This document shows, piece by piece, positions 20,101 to 28,792 of a stretch of 64,000 bases of DNA; position 1 is the first letter of the stretch, and each line of letters opens with the position of its first letter. The notes under the pieces were generated by a model that did not search any database, had not been told where the DNA came from, and saw nothing but the letters and a program-made list of their open reading frames with translations. Origin of the DNA: an uncultured Rhodobacterales bacterium (GTDB taxonomy: Bacteria > Pseudomonadota > Alphaproteobacteria > Rhodobacterales > Rhodobacteraceae); the NCBI GenBank assembly GCA_964497195.1, contig CAZCDC010000002.1, positions 2,969 to 66,968 of the forward strand. The letters run 5' to 3'. Both the position numbers and the translations under genes were made by a program.

Positions 20101-20570
20101 CAGGTATTGTGGCATTGGCAGGGATTGTGGTGAACAATAATATTGTGTTGATCGATACCTATCAGGAATATTCCAAATATATGCCAAGGCTGGAGGCCAT
20201 CATCCGCACCGCCGAAGCCCGTATTCGCCCTGTGTTGCTGACCACGATTACAACCATGGCAGGGCTGGCCCCAATGATGTTTGGCCTATCGATTGATTTT
20301 ATCAATGGCGGTTATACCATTGATGCACCGACTGCGCTTTGGTGGAAACAACTGGCAACAGCGGTGGTGTTTGGCCTTGGGCTGGCCACCGTACTGACAT
20401 TGATTGTGACACCTGCATTGCTGTCATTACCTGTGTGGATATCAAAGGGCAGCTATGCCGGGCTTGACATATTGCGCAGTGGTTTTGGCGGCAAAGACAA
20501 CGCCATACGCGCAGATCGAAAACTGGCCAAATCCGCCAGAAAAACCCCGGCCAAAGATGTGGTCTGGTAA
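17157..20570 (+). CDS. RND (AcrB/AcrD/AcrF-family) efflux permease, 1137 aa
   Basis: Typical N-terminus IVDWALGRARMILAFIAMSIIAGLAAYSTLPKEGAPDIDIP, two large periplasmic loops and 12 or more TM segments. The TAATG junction overlaps the adaptor gene. No outer-membrane factor gene is adjacent. Confidence 0.92.
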   Translation: MTGIVDWALGRARMILAFIAMSIIAGLAAYSTLPKEGAPDIDIPMLFVSAIYPGISAEDSERLLVKPLENHLSDASGLEMMTSTAAEGFGGVVLEFDFNWDRESTLADVRDKVSQAENSLPDGVSTISITEVSFSAFPVIILALSGEVPERTLLQVAKDLQAEIEGMAEVLEVGIAGQRDEMLEVIIDPLKLEAYNVTAGELIAAVNNNNRLIAAGEVQVGSGAYAIKIPSAFDDPQDVFDLPVKRNGDRTITIGDIAEIRLTFEDREGTARFNGESTVALQVVKRKGANLIETVALVREVANAYIDQWPDELKQAIEVNFSLDSSAEVQGMVDQLLASVLTAIALVMIVVLASLGVRSSLLVGFAIPTSFLLTFAILAVMDIAISNIVMFGLILAVGMLVDGAIVVVEYADKKVREGIGPMQAYGMAAKRMFWPIVSSTATTLCAFLPFLFWPGIAGQFMNKLPVTIIIVLSASLLVALIYLPVVGGVAGRISRIMEDISKALNKNLNFWLRLMISFVAAIIAFRGVIEALSGNIALGGIVFVIGAMLLSTFIGSLRTPPREQVQKAGYKRSRFGKIIHFISGNPIMPVVTVVLVLTFVMSIFKLYGENNNGFEFFVETEPERAVAYVRARGNLSLVEKDRLVKLAEDAIAGIDGVAYVFAFAGSGGLNTNNGGVDSPIDTIGEIQIELAPWDERGLGRDIINQIEASLADIPGIQAQIVEQNLGPASGAAVFLRLKGANWEDLLSATETVRTYFDNLDGLVNQEDTRPLPGIDWQLDVDVEQAGRFGTDVASIGGMVQLVTRGLTLGTMRTDSSDEEIDIRVRFPEKDRLLSTLDTLRVRTPQALVPLSNFVTRSPVPKLGTINRFDQERYFNVTSSVADDVNANERIVVITEWLENDAVLPANIEWEFTGDSEEQAETAAFLAVGFAGALGLMFVILLAQFNSFYYSALVLVAVVLSTTGVLIGMLVMGQPFSFIMTGTGIVALAGIVVNNNIVLIDTYQEYSKYMPRLEAIIRTAEARIRPVLLTTITTMAGLAPMMFGLSIDFINGGYTIDAPTALWWKQLATAVVFGLGLATVLTLIVTPALLSLPVWISKGSYAGLDILRSGFGGKDNAIRADRKLAKSARKTPAKDVVW

Positions 20571-20573
20571 GGG

Positions 20574-21839
20574 TTAGCCCCGCTCGTCCCGTCGATCTTG
20601 CCAGCGCATAATCCAATAGGTTAGCTGCACAAAGATACGGCCAAACACACCGCCCGCCCACACCGGTTTATACGGTGCAAAAAGCTTGTATTGCTGGTCT
20701 CCGTCAGCGATGGCGCTGGCAATCAAACACCCTGCCATTGCCGTTGTGTTCAGCCCATGCCCGCCAAACGCTGTCGCCATCCACAGGTCTTTTTCGACCT
20801 CGCCAATCAGCGGCATTTTATGGGTCGTATATCCCATCAGCCCCTCCCACGCATGTGTAAGCTTAAGCGTTTTTAGGTGTGGATAAACCGCCTGAACGTC
20901 TGCTTTTAGCATCGTCGCCAGCTTGCTTGGCTTGCTTTTGCGCGTGGTTATTCGCCCCCCCCACAATAGCCGTCCGTTTTTCAAACGCCGGTAATAATCA
21001 CCGGAACGGCGGGTGTCGGAAATAGCGCAATTGGTTTTGACCGCATTATCCAATGCATTGGCCATCGGTTCGGTGGCCATCACATAGGTTGCAATTGGCA
21101 ACATGGCACGGGAAACCTTTGGGCAAAGGTCAAAATCATAGGCACTGGTGCACAGCACAACCTGATTGGCATCCACAGCCCCGCCAGCAGAATCAACACG
21201 CCAATGATTATCATTTCGGGCCAATTTCAATGCCTTTGAGTGTTCAAAAATACTGCCCCCCAGCCGCTCAATTTCAGCGGCCAAACCAAGAACATAACGC
21301 ATTGGCTGGATGTGAAAACCATCGGGAATGAAAACCGTGTGATCGTATTTATCCGTATCCAGAACCTTGCGCGTAGCAGCGTGATCGTTAAAGACAACAC
21401 CAGCATTTGCACCGTCCCTTACCATCTTCTGCGCGTATTTTTTATCGTGATGGCGCACAGCGCTATATCTGCCACTACCCTCGATCGCGGCCTCAATCTG
21501 TAAGATTTCGATCTGGCTCCGCACGTAATCGGTCCCGTCGCGCGAAAGCTGATGCAGCAAGGCCGCATTGGCGGGGCCGAGTTTCCTCGCGATATTCTCA
21601 GCGCTCTCGGCAAACCCCTCAAGCACAGACCCGCCATTACGCCCCGAGGCACCAAACCCAACGCGGTGCGCTTCCAGCAGCACAACCGATTTACCTTTGC
21701 GGAGCAATTCAAGCGCGGTTGTCAGCCCCGCCAACCCCGCGCCAATAACGCAGACATCAACCGAAACTTGTGCTGTCAGCGCCGGACGTTCGGGAATATC
21801 GCCTATGTCGGCGATGTAATAAGTATCGGGATAATCCAT
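20574..21839 (-). CDS. FAD-dependent oxidoreductase (DAO / gamma-glutamylputrescine-oxidase-like)
   Basis: Dinucleotide fold VCVIGAGLAGLTTALEL at the N-terminus, 421 aa. The ATG at 21839 overlaps the stop of the upstream ABC gene as ATGA. The track start at 21890 is over-extended. Confidence 0.85.
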   Translation of the reverse strand: MDYPDTYYIADIGDIPERPALTAQVSVDVCVIGAGLAGLTTALELLRKGKSVVLLEAHRVGFGASGRNGGSVLEGFAESAENIARKLGPANAALLHQLSRDGTDYVRSQIEILQIEAAIEGSGRYSAVRHHDKKYAQKMVRDGANAGVVFNDHAATRKVLDTDKYDHTVFIPDGFHIQPMRYVLGLAAEIERLGGSIFEHSKALKLARNDNHWRVDSAGGAVDANQVVLCTSAYDFDLCPKVSRAMLPIATYVMATEPMANALDNAVKTNCAISDTRRSGDYYRRLKNGRLLWGGRITTRKSKPSKLATMLKADVQAVYPHLKTLKLTHAWEGLMGYTTHKMPLIGEVEKDLWMATAFGGHGLNTTAMAGCLIASAIADGDQQYKLFAPYKPVWAGGVFGRIFVQLTYWIMRWQDRRDERG

Positions 21840-23665
21840 CAAGCATTTTCCAACCCGGGTTCTGCCATATCCGCCTGTTGCCGTTGCCACATGCTGGCAT
21901 AACGTCCGTTAAGGGCCAGTAATTCTTCATGGGTGCCTTCTTCGGTCACATGGCCTTTTTCCAGCACCACAATCCGGTCTGCATGCACAACAGTGGATAG
22001 CCGATGCGCGATGGTAATCACGCTGCGGCCATGGCCCATTTCCTTAAGGCTTTCCAGAATGCCCTGCTCGGTTTCGCTATCGAGCGCCGAAGTCGCCTCA
22101 TCCAACAACAGGATCGGTGGATTTTTCAGCAAAGTACGCGCAATCCCGACCCGCTGTTTTTCCCCGCCTGACAGTTTCAGGCCACGTTCACCAACTTGGG
22201 TATCAAAACCATCCGGTAATTGCATAATGAAATCATATATTTGCGCGGCTTTTGTGGCCTCGATTATCTCTGCCTCAGTTGCATTATGGCGACCATAAGC
22301 AATATTATAGCCCACCGTGTCATTAAACAAAACGGTGTCTTGCGGCACCACACCGATTTGCGCCCGCAAGGATTCCTGGGTGATATCGCGCACATCCTGC
22401 CCATCAATTTTCAAACTGCCACTGCCAACATCGTAAAACCGAAACAACAGCCGCCCAATGGTCGATTTACCAGAGCCAGACGGCCCAACGACTGCAATGG
22501 TTTGCCCCGCACCAACGCGCAAATTTAATGTGTGCAAAATTGTCCGGTTGCTTTCATATGAAAAATCAACCGCATCAAACACAACTTCGCCACCCGAAAC
22601 CGCCAATGGTTTGGCGTCCGGTTTATTCTGAATCTCTGCTTCTTGCTCAAGCAGACCAAACATTTCGCCCATATCAACCAACGCCTGACGGATTTCGCGG
22701 TAAACCGTGCCAAGGAAATTCAGCGGCATAACCAACTGGATCATATAGGTATTCACCCCGACAAATTGGCCAACTGTCAGCGTGCCATCCTGTACGCCAT
22801 TGGCGGCCATAACCATAACAATCACCAGTCCGGTCGTGATGAGCACTGATTGGCCAAAATTCAGAAACGCCAGTGTATAATTGGTTTGAAGCGCTGCTTT
22901 TTCATAGCAGCGCATTGATAAATCATAGCGCGCCGTCTCTCGCTTTTCCGCGCTGAAATATTTGACGGTCTCAAAATTCAGCAAGCTATCGATGGCTTTT
23001 TGGTTTGCATCGGTATCGGCTTTGTTCATTTCGCGACGAATAGCTACCCGCCATTCGGTCACTTTGAACGTGAAAATCACGTACAGAAATATCGTAACAG
23101 AAATAACACCCAAATACCGGACATCAAAAACCACCACAAAAACAATGCCCACCAGAAATAATTCCAAGATCAGCGGTCCGATCGAAAACAGCATAAAACG
23201 CAACAGGAATTCAACACCTTTAACGCCGCGCTCTACAATGCGCGACAGGCCGCCGGTTTTGCGTTGCAAATGGTAACGCAAGCTAAGTGCATGAATATGC
23301 TCAAAAGTTTCCAATGCAAGGCAGCGCAAAGCCCGTTGGCCAACCTTGGCAAAAATCGCGTCCCGAAGCTGGTTAAAGCCAACGCCCATCAGGCGCATCA
23401 CGCCATAACTAATCACCAACCCACCAGCCGCCAGCCCCAACAAACTGCCCGCATCTTGCGTCTCCGGTGACAAATAATCCACCGCAGCAATAAAAAAGAG
23501 CGGCGTTAGCACCGTAAACACCTTGGCCAGAACCAATGCCATCATCGAAAAAACCACCCGCAGCCGGATCGGTTTATTGTCGCTGGGCCACAGATACGGG
23601 AGCACCCGCTGAATAGTTTTCCAGCCAGATTGCGCCGTATCGTAATTTTCGGAATTGTCACTCAT
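21839..23665 (-). CDS. ABC transporter, fused permease/ATPase (ABCB/Atm1-HMT-like exporter)
   Basis: Six-TM N-domain, then Walker A GPSGSGKST, signature LSGGEKQRV and Walker B ILLLDEATSALD. Length is 608 aa. Confidence 0.9.
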   Translation of the reverse strand: MSDNSENYDTAQSGWKTIQRVLPYLWPSDNKPIRLRVVFSMMALVLAKVFTVLTPLFFIAAVDYLSPETQDAGSLLGLAAGGLVISYGVMRLMGVGFNQLRDAIFAKVGQRALRCLALETFEHIHALSLRYHLQRKTGGLSRIVERGVKGVEFLLRFMLFSIGPLILELFLVGIVFVVVFDVRYLGVISVTIFLYVIFTFKVTEWRVAIRREMNKADTDANQKAIDSLLNFETVKYFSAEKRETARYDLSMRCYEKAALQTNYTLAFLNFGQSVLITTGLVIVMVMAANGVQDGTLTVGQFVGVNTYMIQLVMPLNFLGTVYREIRQALVDMGEMFGLLEQEAEIQNKPDAKPLAVSGGEVVFDAVDFSYESNRTILHTLNLRVGAGQTIAVVGPSGSGKSTIGRLLFRFYDVGSGSLKIDGQDVRDITQESLRAQIGVVPQDTVLFNDTVGYNIAYGRHNATEAEIIEATKAAQIYDFIMQLPDGFDTQVGERGLKLSGGEKQRVGIARTLLKNPPILLLDEATSALDSETEQGILESLKEMGHGRSVITIAHRLSTVVHADRIVVLEKGHVTEEGTHEELLALNGRYASMWQRQQADMAEPGLENA

Positions 23666-23734
23666 CTGTCTACCTTTGGCATATTTGTTTCTCGGGTAAG
23701 CGGTTTTTCATTTGATCGCCAGCCCTTGTGCATT

Positions 23735-24982
23735 TTATTCCGAAACATTCGGAATGCTGACCACTTGGCCGGGGTAAATCAGGTTTGGGTCTCTGATTGC
23801 ATCTTTGTTTGCTGCGAAAATCTGGGTGTAATAATCACCATCACCATAAGCTTGCGTTGCCATCAGCCACAGGGTGTTGCCGGGTTGTACAATAACCTTG
23901 GCGCCTTGGGCAAATTCTGACAGAGCCAGTGCCTCAGGGAATTCGCGCTGAAAAGGGGTTTCTACACGGCTGGACACGGTGCCATCCGAGGTCAATTCAT
24001 CCACACGCAAAACATAGCGCCCCGCAGCCAAATTGTTCAGCGCAATCCCCCAAGAGCCGCTTTCGGAAATTGCGGCATTTCCGACCAATTCTCCATCTGC
24101 ATAAACCCGCGCGATGTGGTTCGGGGTGCCCCGACCTGCCAAAACTACATCGGATTCCGTGTTATAACTTATGGTATCAAGGCTAATATTATCTGGCACA
24201 GACAGGCCCGAAGGTTGAATAATTTGCACAGAATCTTGCGTGGCCAACACCACAACCGGGGCAGTTGGCGCGGCTTCATCTTGCTGTGGCAAAATTATGA
24301 TTTGCGCTTGTGAAACAATGCCTTGGGTGCTGTTTACTCCATCTTCCAACGCCATATTTTCTGGCTGCTGGCTGGGAACATCCAGAAACGCCACAAACTC
24401 TCCCAACTCACTGGCGGTAACTTCGGCAACGGTTTTGCCCCCCGACATGATGGTAATTAACGCATGTGGTGCCGCCTGCCCTGCCACCAAAGCTGTGCCG
24501 TTTACATCGATGCGCACAATATCAAAACGCGGCGTTGCGGTTTCGGGGTTTGGCGCCGTGCCGGGGGGCAGAACCGATTGAAGGCTAAGCGTGGCGGCGG
24601 TAAAAATCACCGGAGGTTGTTGGCTGTTTTGGCTAATAATCGCTGCATCCTGTTGCACAAATGCCTGCGGATTGGGTGGCTGAAAAATGTCTGGGATTGC
24701 CGAATTTTCATCCGTTTCAAGCTGCGGTGCTTCTATTGCATTAGGTAAATTGTTTTCCGACAAAAGCGGCGGATCAATGGCTTGCGGTCGAATATCTGAT
24801 GCGTTTTCTTGACTTTCCAGCGGTGCCTGATTGCCCTGATGGACGCTTTGCACGGCTGGAACATTCGAAGCGGTTTCTATGGCGGTCGCATCATTGGGTG
24901 CATCACGCAGCGCGAAATACCCAGCCAAACCAATCGCCAATACTGCTGCTATTGCCCCAATTTTCACCCTCTGTTTCATCAA
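23735..24982 (-). CDS. LysM domain-containing membrane-anchored protein
   Basis: N-terminal TM (IGAIAAVLAIGLAGYF), a Pro/Gln-rich linker and a C-terminal LysM (VQPGNTLWLMATQAYGDGDYYTQIFAANKDAIRDPNLIYPGQVVSIP). Confidence 0.78.
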   Translation of the reverse strand: MMKQRVKIGAIAAVLAIGLAGYFALRDAPNDATAIETASNVPAVQSVHQGNQAPLESQENASDIRPQAIDPPLLSENNLPNAIEAPQLETDENSAIPDIFQPPNPQAFVQQDAAIISQNSQQPPVIFTAATLSLQSVLPPGTAPNPETATPRFDIVRIDVNGTALVAGQAAPHALITIMSGGKTVAEVTASELGEFVAFLDVPSQQPENMALEDGVNSTQGIVSQAQIIILPQQDEAAPTAPVVVLATQDSVQIIQPSGLSVPDNISLDTISYNTESDVVLAGRGTPNHIARVYADGELVGNAAISESGSWGIALNNLAAGRYVLRVDELTSDGTVSSRVETPFQREFPEALALSEFAQGAKVIVQPGNTLWLMATQAYGDGDYYTQIFAANKDAIRDPNLIYPGQVVSIPNVSE

Positions 24983-25083
24983 AATCCCTTGTATCTGTTT
25001 TTATGCTTGTCGCCAATGGCAGATATTTGGAATATGCTACTCAAATATCCAGAATACGCAAACAACAATCAGGAAAATCCGCT

Positions 25084-25653
25084 ATGAAATCTGCAATCCC
25101 ATTTTCAGTTTGTGTGTTTTGCGGGTCTCGAAATGGTGTGAATCCGGCATTTGTACAAGACGCCACCCAATTGGGAGCGGGGCTGGCAAAAGCCAAAATG
25201 CGCCTGGTTTACGGTGCAGGTGACGTGGGCTTGATGGGCGCTGTGGCCAATGCAGCCCAAACCGAAAATGGCGAAACATTTGGCGTAATCCCTGTGCATT
25301 TACTGGAAATGGAGGTCGGAAAACGCGACCTGACCAGCCTTGTCATTACAGAAAATATGCATGAACGCAAAAAAGTTATGTTCATGAACGCGGATGCAAT
25401 CGTAACCCTGCCCGGTGGCGCGGGGTCATTAGACGAATTTTTTGAAGTCCTGACATGGCGGCAACTTGGCCTGCATAATAAGCCGGTATATTTGCTTAAC
25501 ACAGCCAATTATTGGCAGCCTTTGTTAGACCTAATAAAACATATCGTTGATCAAGGTTTTGCTGCCGCCGAGTTTACAGAGAATTTCAAAGTCATGAATT
25601 CAGTTGAAGAATTATTAGGTGAACTGACGGAGCAATCCAGTAAAACCGGATAA
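25084..25653 (+). CDS. LOG-family protein (TIGR00730-type, cytokinin riboside 5'-monophosphate phosphoribohydrolase-like)
   Basis: VCVFCGS...LVYGAG.VGLMG and the PGGAGSLDEFFE motif. I used the ATG at 25084. The track ORF from 24799 overlaps the divergent LysM gene and is over-extended. Confidence 0.9.
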   Translation: MKSAIPFSVCVFCGSRNGVNPAFVQDATQLGAGLAKAKMRLVYGAGDVGLMGAVANAAQTENGETFGVIPVHLLEMEVGKRDLTSLVITENMHERKKVMFMNADAIVTLPGGAGSLDEFFEVLTWRQLGLHNKPVYLLNTANYWQPLLDLIKHIVDQGFAAAEFTENFKVMNSVEELLGELTEQSSKTG

Positions 25654-25914
25654 AGTTGCCATAAAATAGATGGAAATTCTCGGGCAATTTCTTGACATAG
25701 TTGTTTTGTTTTGGCATTTTTAACCTGAACGAGAGATTGCAAACATGTCTTGCTTTATTAGACGCTTAACGCACGCGCCTAATTTGGTAAGGATTAATGT
25801 CATTTTATCTGTGATTTGCTGCTTTCGGCAAGTTTTACGATGGCGCAAACGCTGTCTCCTGCGAATGTAATTATTGCCTCTGATCATACAGTATAAACTG
25901 CGTTAACCCCTGAA

Positions 25915-26223
25915 TTGGGGGAAGCGTTCAATGGTTTAAATATTTTCATCGACCGCAAACTTGGGAATTGTGTTGCTTGTTATTTAAATTTTGACATCGC
26001 CGCAATACAGGTTTTAGGGGAAATCAGCCCAAATCTTGATTGGATCGGTGATTATTTTAGTGATGCCGAATTGCGGGCAATTTTGGTAGATGCAAAGCAG
26101 GTTTTTGGCGAAAGCACCGTAATGCCAGCGTTTTATACAGCCCGGAAAGGGTTTCGAACGCTGGATGTATTTAGAGGAAAAACTGCTCTTACCGCACAGA
26201 AAATCGAAGATCTGGTTGATTAA
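25915..26223 (+). CDS. hypothetical protein (102 aa); coding status uncertain
   Basis: ORF only, with a TTG start and no convincing RBS or in-frame ATG near the 5' end. It lies in an AT-richer stretch upstream of the PstS/OmpA gene. Confidence 0.25.
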   Translation: MGEAFNGLNIFIDRKLGNCVACYLNFDIAAIQVLGEISPNLDWIGDYFSDAELRAILVDAKQVFGESTVMPAFYTARKGFRTLDVFRGKTALTAQKIEDLVD

Positions 26224-26292
26224 TTGTTATGATTGGATACGCAATAATTTGGGTATTTACTGGCGTGAATTATACATTGGGGACCACCTAAA

Positions 26293-27846
26293 ATGCAATT
26301 TCTAAAGTCTATTTTCCATGCAGCAATGCTTGTATCTTGTGCCGGTTTTGTCAGCGCTCAAACTGTAAAGCTCGAGTCGCTAGACGGCATAATTTCGATC
26401 ATCGGCGAGTTGGTTGATTACAACAATGATTTTTACATAATCCGTACAAATATTGGCGACATGAATATTGCATCAGCGCAGGTGTCCTGCATTGGCGAAA
26501 ATTGCCCCGAGATCATACCGGCGTTTACTGCGTTTTCTATTTCCGGCGCAAAAAGCCTCGGGAAAACGCTGTTGCCTGATTTGCTAGACGGTTTTGGCCG
26601 CTCTTTGGATTATGATGTCACCCATTCTTTTGACGAAAACGGCAATCCAAAAGTTGTCTTCAGCAACGATACCGGCAATGACGTTGCTGAAATTTCATTT
26701 TCACTGAAAGGCTCAACAAATGGCTTGAATGATTTGCTGATTGGCGAAGCCAGCCTCGCAATCACAACCCGCGCCATTCGCCCAACCGAGGCAACAGCCA
26801 TCGCCAATGCTGGTCTGGGGGATACTGGTATTTCTGGTTTTGAAAACATTCTGGCGCTAGATGGGTTGGTGATTGTTGTTTCAGCTGCAAACCGGATTCA
26901 AATTATTGGAGAAGCAGAAATTGCAAAAATATTTTCCGGGGAAATATCGAATTGGGCGCAATTAGGCGGCGATGACGCCATCATCAATCTTTATGTTCGA
27001 CCAGAAAACACCGGCACAGGCTCTATTTTTTCGCAATTGATCATGCAACCCGCAAGGCTGCAAATTTCACGGAATGTTACAGAATTAGATACAGATGTCG
27101 CAATTGCTGACGCCGTGGCCATTGATCCCTATGGTATTGGTTTTACGACCTTTTCCAATGAACGCTCTGCGCGCGCCATGTCTTTGCGCGGCTCATGTGG
27201 CATTCAATCTCCAGCAACTAATTTCACCATAAAAACCGAAGAATATCCTTTTTCTCGACGTATGTATTTTTACCGTCCGACAAATAATTTGCCCCTTTTG
27301 GCAGAAAAATTCTTTGAGTATCTGAATACAAATGAAGCTCAAAAAGTCGTTACTTTTTCCGGTTTTGTTGGCCAGGCGGCAACCGAAGAAGTTGTAAATA
27401 ATCAAGGTTTACGGTTTTTGGCTGCGATGCTGCCCATCAATGATGAAACCACTTTGCCAAACTTGCAAAACATGGTCACAGAGCTGGCCACCGCGCGGCG
27501 TCTGACCATTACTTATCGTTTCGGCGAGGGCACTTCACAGCTTGATAGCAGAGCACAAGGGGATATCGTGCGACTTGCGCAACGGATCGAAGCTGGCGGA
27601 GTGACCGGTTCAGAAATCATGCTAATCGGCTTTAGTGATTCAGTTGGGCTTAGCGATATTAACGATAATTTAAGCCTGATACGTGCTGAACAGGTGCGTG
27701 ATTCCTTGATTGCAGAACTAACCCCGGGCAGCTTTGACCCTGCCAAAATCCGGGTTTTAGGGTTTGGAGAATTATCGCCGCTTGGGTGCAATGACACGCT
27801 TATTGGTCGTCAGATTAATCGCCGTGTTGAGGTTTGGACACGGTAG
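26293..27846 (+). CDS. secreted fusion of a PstS-like phosphate-binding (PBP) domain and an OmpA-like peptidoglycan-binding domain
   Basis: Signal peptide (AAMLVSCAGFVSAQ). PBP-like core (ITTRAIRPTE...LDGLVIVVSAAN...ISNWAQLGG). C-terminal OmpA_C motif (GFSDSVGLSDINDNLSLIRAEQV...NRRVEVW). Confidence 0.75.
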   Translation: MQFLKSIFHAAMLVSCAGFVSAQTVKLESLDGIISIIGELVDYNNDFYIIRTNIGDMNIASAQVSCIGENCPEIIPAFTAFSISGAKSLGKTLLPDLLDGFGRSLDYDVTHSFDENGNPKVVFSNDTGNDVAEISFSLKGSTNGLNDLLIGEASLAITTRAIRPTEATAIANAGLGDTGISGFENILALDGLVIVVSAANRIQIIGEAEIAKIFSGEISNWAQLGGDDAIINLYVRPENTGTGSIFSQLIMQPARLQISRNVTELDTDVAIADAVAIDPYGIGFTTFSNERSARAMSLRGSCGIQSPATNFTIKTEEYPFSRRMYFYRPTNNLPLLAEKFFEYLNTNEAQKVVTFSGFVGQAATEEVVNNQGLRFLAAMLPINDETTLPNLQNMVTELATARRLTITYRFGEGTSQLDSRAQGDIVRLAQRIEAGGVTGSEIMLIGFSDSVGLSDINDNLSLIRAEQVRDSLIAELTPGSFDPAKIRVLGFGELSPLGCNDTLIGRQINRRVEVWTR

Positions 27847-27944
27847 TATTTACCGTTTCTCAGCACGCCACATCGTGATGGAAAATATCGCCAATACATA
27901 TCTCGGAACCCACCGCAAATATGCGATGGGTTCAAAAGTTGACA

Positions 27945-28553
27945 TTATGCGTTGGAAAGACGCTCTGCCACATTTTCCCAATTCACCAGATTATCAAGGA
28001 AATTCGACAGGTAAACCGGACGTTTGTTACGGAAATCGATGTAATAGGAATGCTCCCAAACATCACACCCGAGCAACGCTGTTTGGCCAAAACACAGCGG
28101 GTTAACGCCATTTTCAGTTTTAGTAACCTTTAAAGTGCCATCCGTATCAACCACCAACCAGCACCAGCCAGAACCAAACTGGCCAGCGCCTGCTGCGCCA
28201 AATTCAGTTTTGAAAGTATCTACGGAACCGAAAGCATCAACGATACGGGTTTCCAGCTCGGTTGGCATGGTCCGGCCATTTGGCCCCATCATTTCCCAGA
28301 ATTGCGCGTGATTCCAATGTTGTGACGCATTGTTGAAAATGCCGTTTTGGGCGGTCGATCCAGCTGCATAGGTGCCAGTTACGATATCTTCCAGCGATTT
28401 GCCTTCCCACTCGGTACCGGCAACCAGTTTATTGCCATTGGTCACATAGGCATTGTGGTGCAAATCATGGTGGAATTCCATGGTTTCGGCAGACATGCCG
28501 CCCGCGGCCAGCGCGTCATGGGCATACGGAAGATCAGGAAGTTCAAAAGCCAT
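27945..28553 (-). CDS. sodB: Fe/Mn-family superoxide dismutase (Fe-type by sequence)
   Basis: MAFELPDLPYAHDAL...FHHDLHHNAYV...DVWEHSYY. I used the ATG at 28553. The track start at 28655 is over-extended. Confidence 0.95.
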   Translation of the reverse strand: MAFELPDLPYAHDALAAGGMSAETMEFHHDLHHNAYVTNGNKLVAGTEWEGKSLEDIVTGTYAAGSTAQNGIFNNASQHWNHAQFWEMMGPNGRTMPTELETRIVDAFGSVDTFKTEFGAAGAGQFGSGWCWLVVDTDGTLKVTKTENGVNPLCFGQTALLGCDVWEHSYYIDFRNKRPVYLSNFLDNLVNWENVAERLSNA

Positions 28554-28792
28554 TGGGGCCCCCTCATTTATAAAATTTGGCGCGTGATTATCCACGCTTG
28601 CCGGTAACATAACGGGAATTACAGTCCGACAAAAGACCCAACATTGATTTTTCACGCTGCTCTTTGCCGCAGATCCACCGAGGCAAAGCCGAGGCCATGA
28701 CGCTCCTGGCTGGCTTTGCCGAAGGCAGTGCCGGGCTGGGCGTAACCCGTTTGCATTATTTCAGCCCGCCTTGGCACCGGAATAATCGCCGC

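Noticed and set aside
25022-25049. An 8-bp inverted repeat GATATTTG...CAAATATC between the divergent LysM and LOG genes.
   Set aside because: The arms are short and AT-rich with a 12-nt spacer in an AT-rich promoter region. This is within chance expectation, and I can attach no known motif.
24799-25083. The N-terminal extension of the LOG-family ORF (track start 24799), and analogous extensions at 75-284 (rpsF), 28554-28655 (sodB), 63485-63550 (pyc) and 21840-21890 (FAD oxidoreductase).
   Set aside because: The extensions overlap divergent genes or intergenic promoters, lack family similarity, and are followed by an in-frame ATG with better RBS context at the conserved N-terminus.
27900-27935. 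A GAACCCA...TGGGTTC hairpin between the convergent PstS/OmpA and sodB genes, considered as a bidirectional terminator.
   Set aside because: The stem is 7 bp with a 14-nt loop, and no U-tract follows it on either strand. That is not enough to call a terminator.
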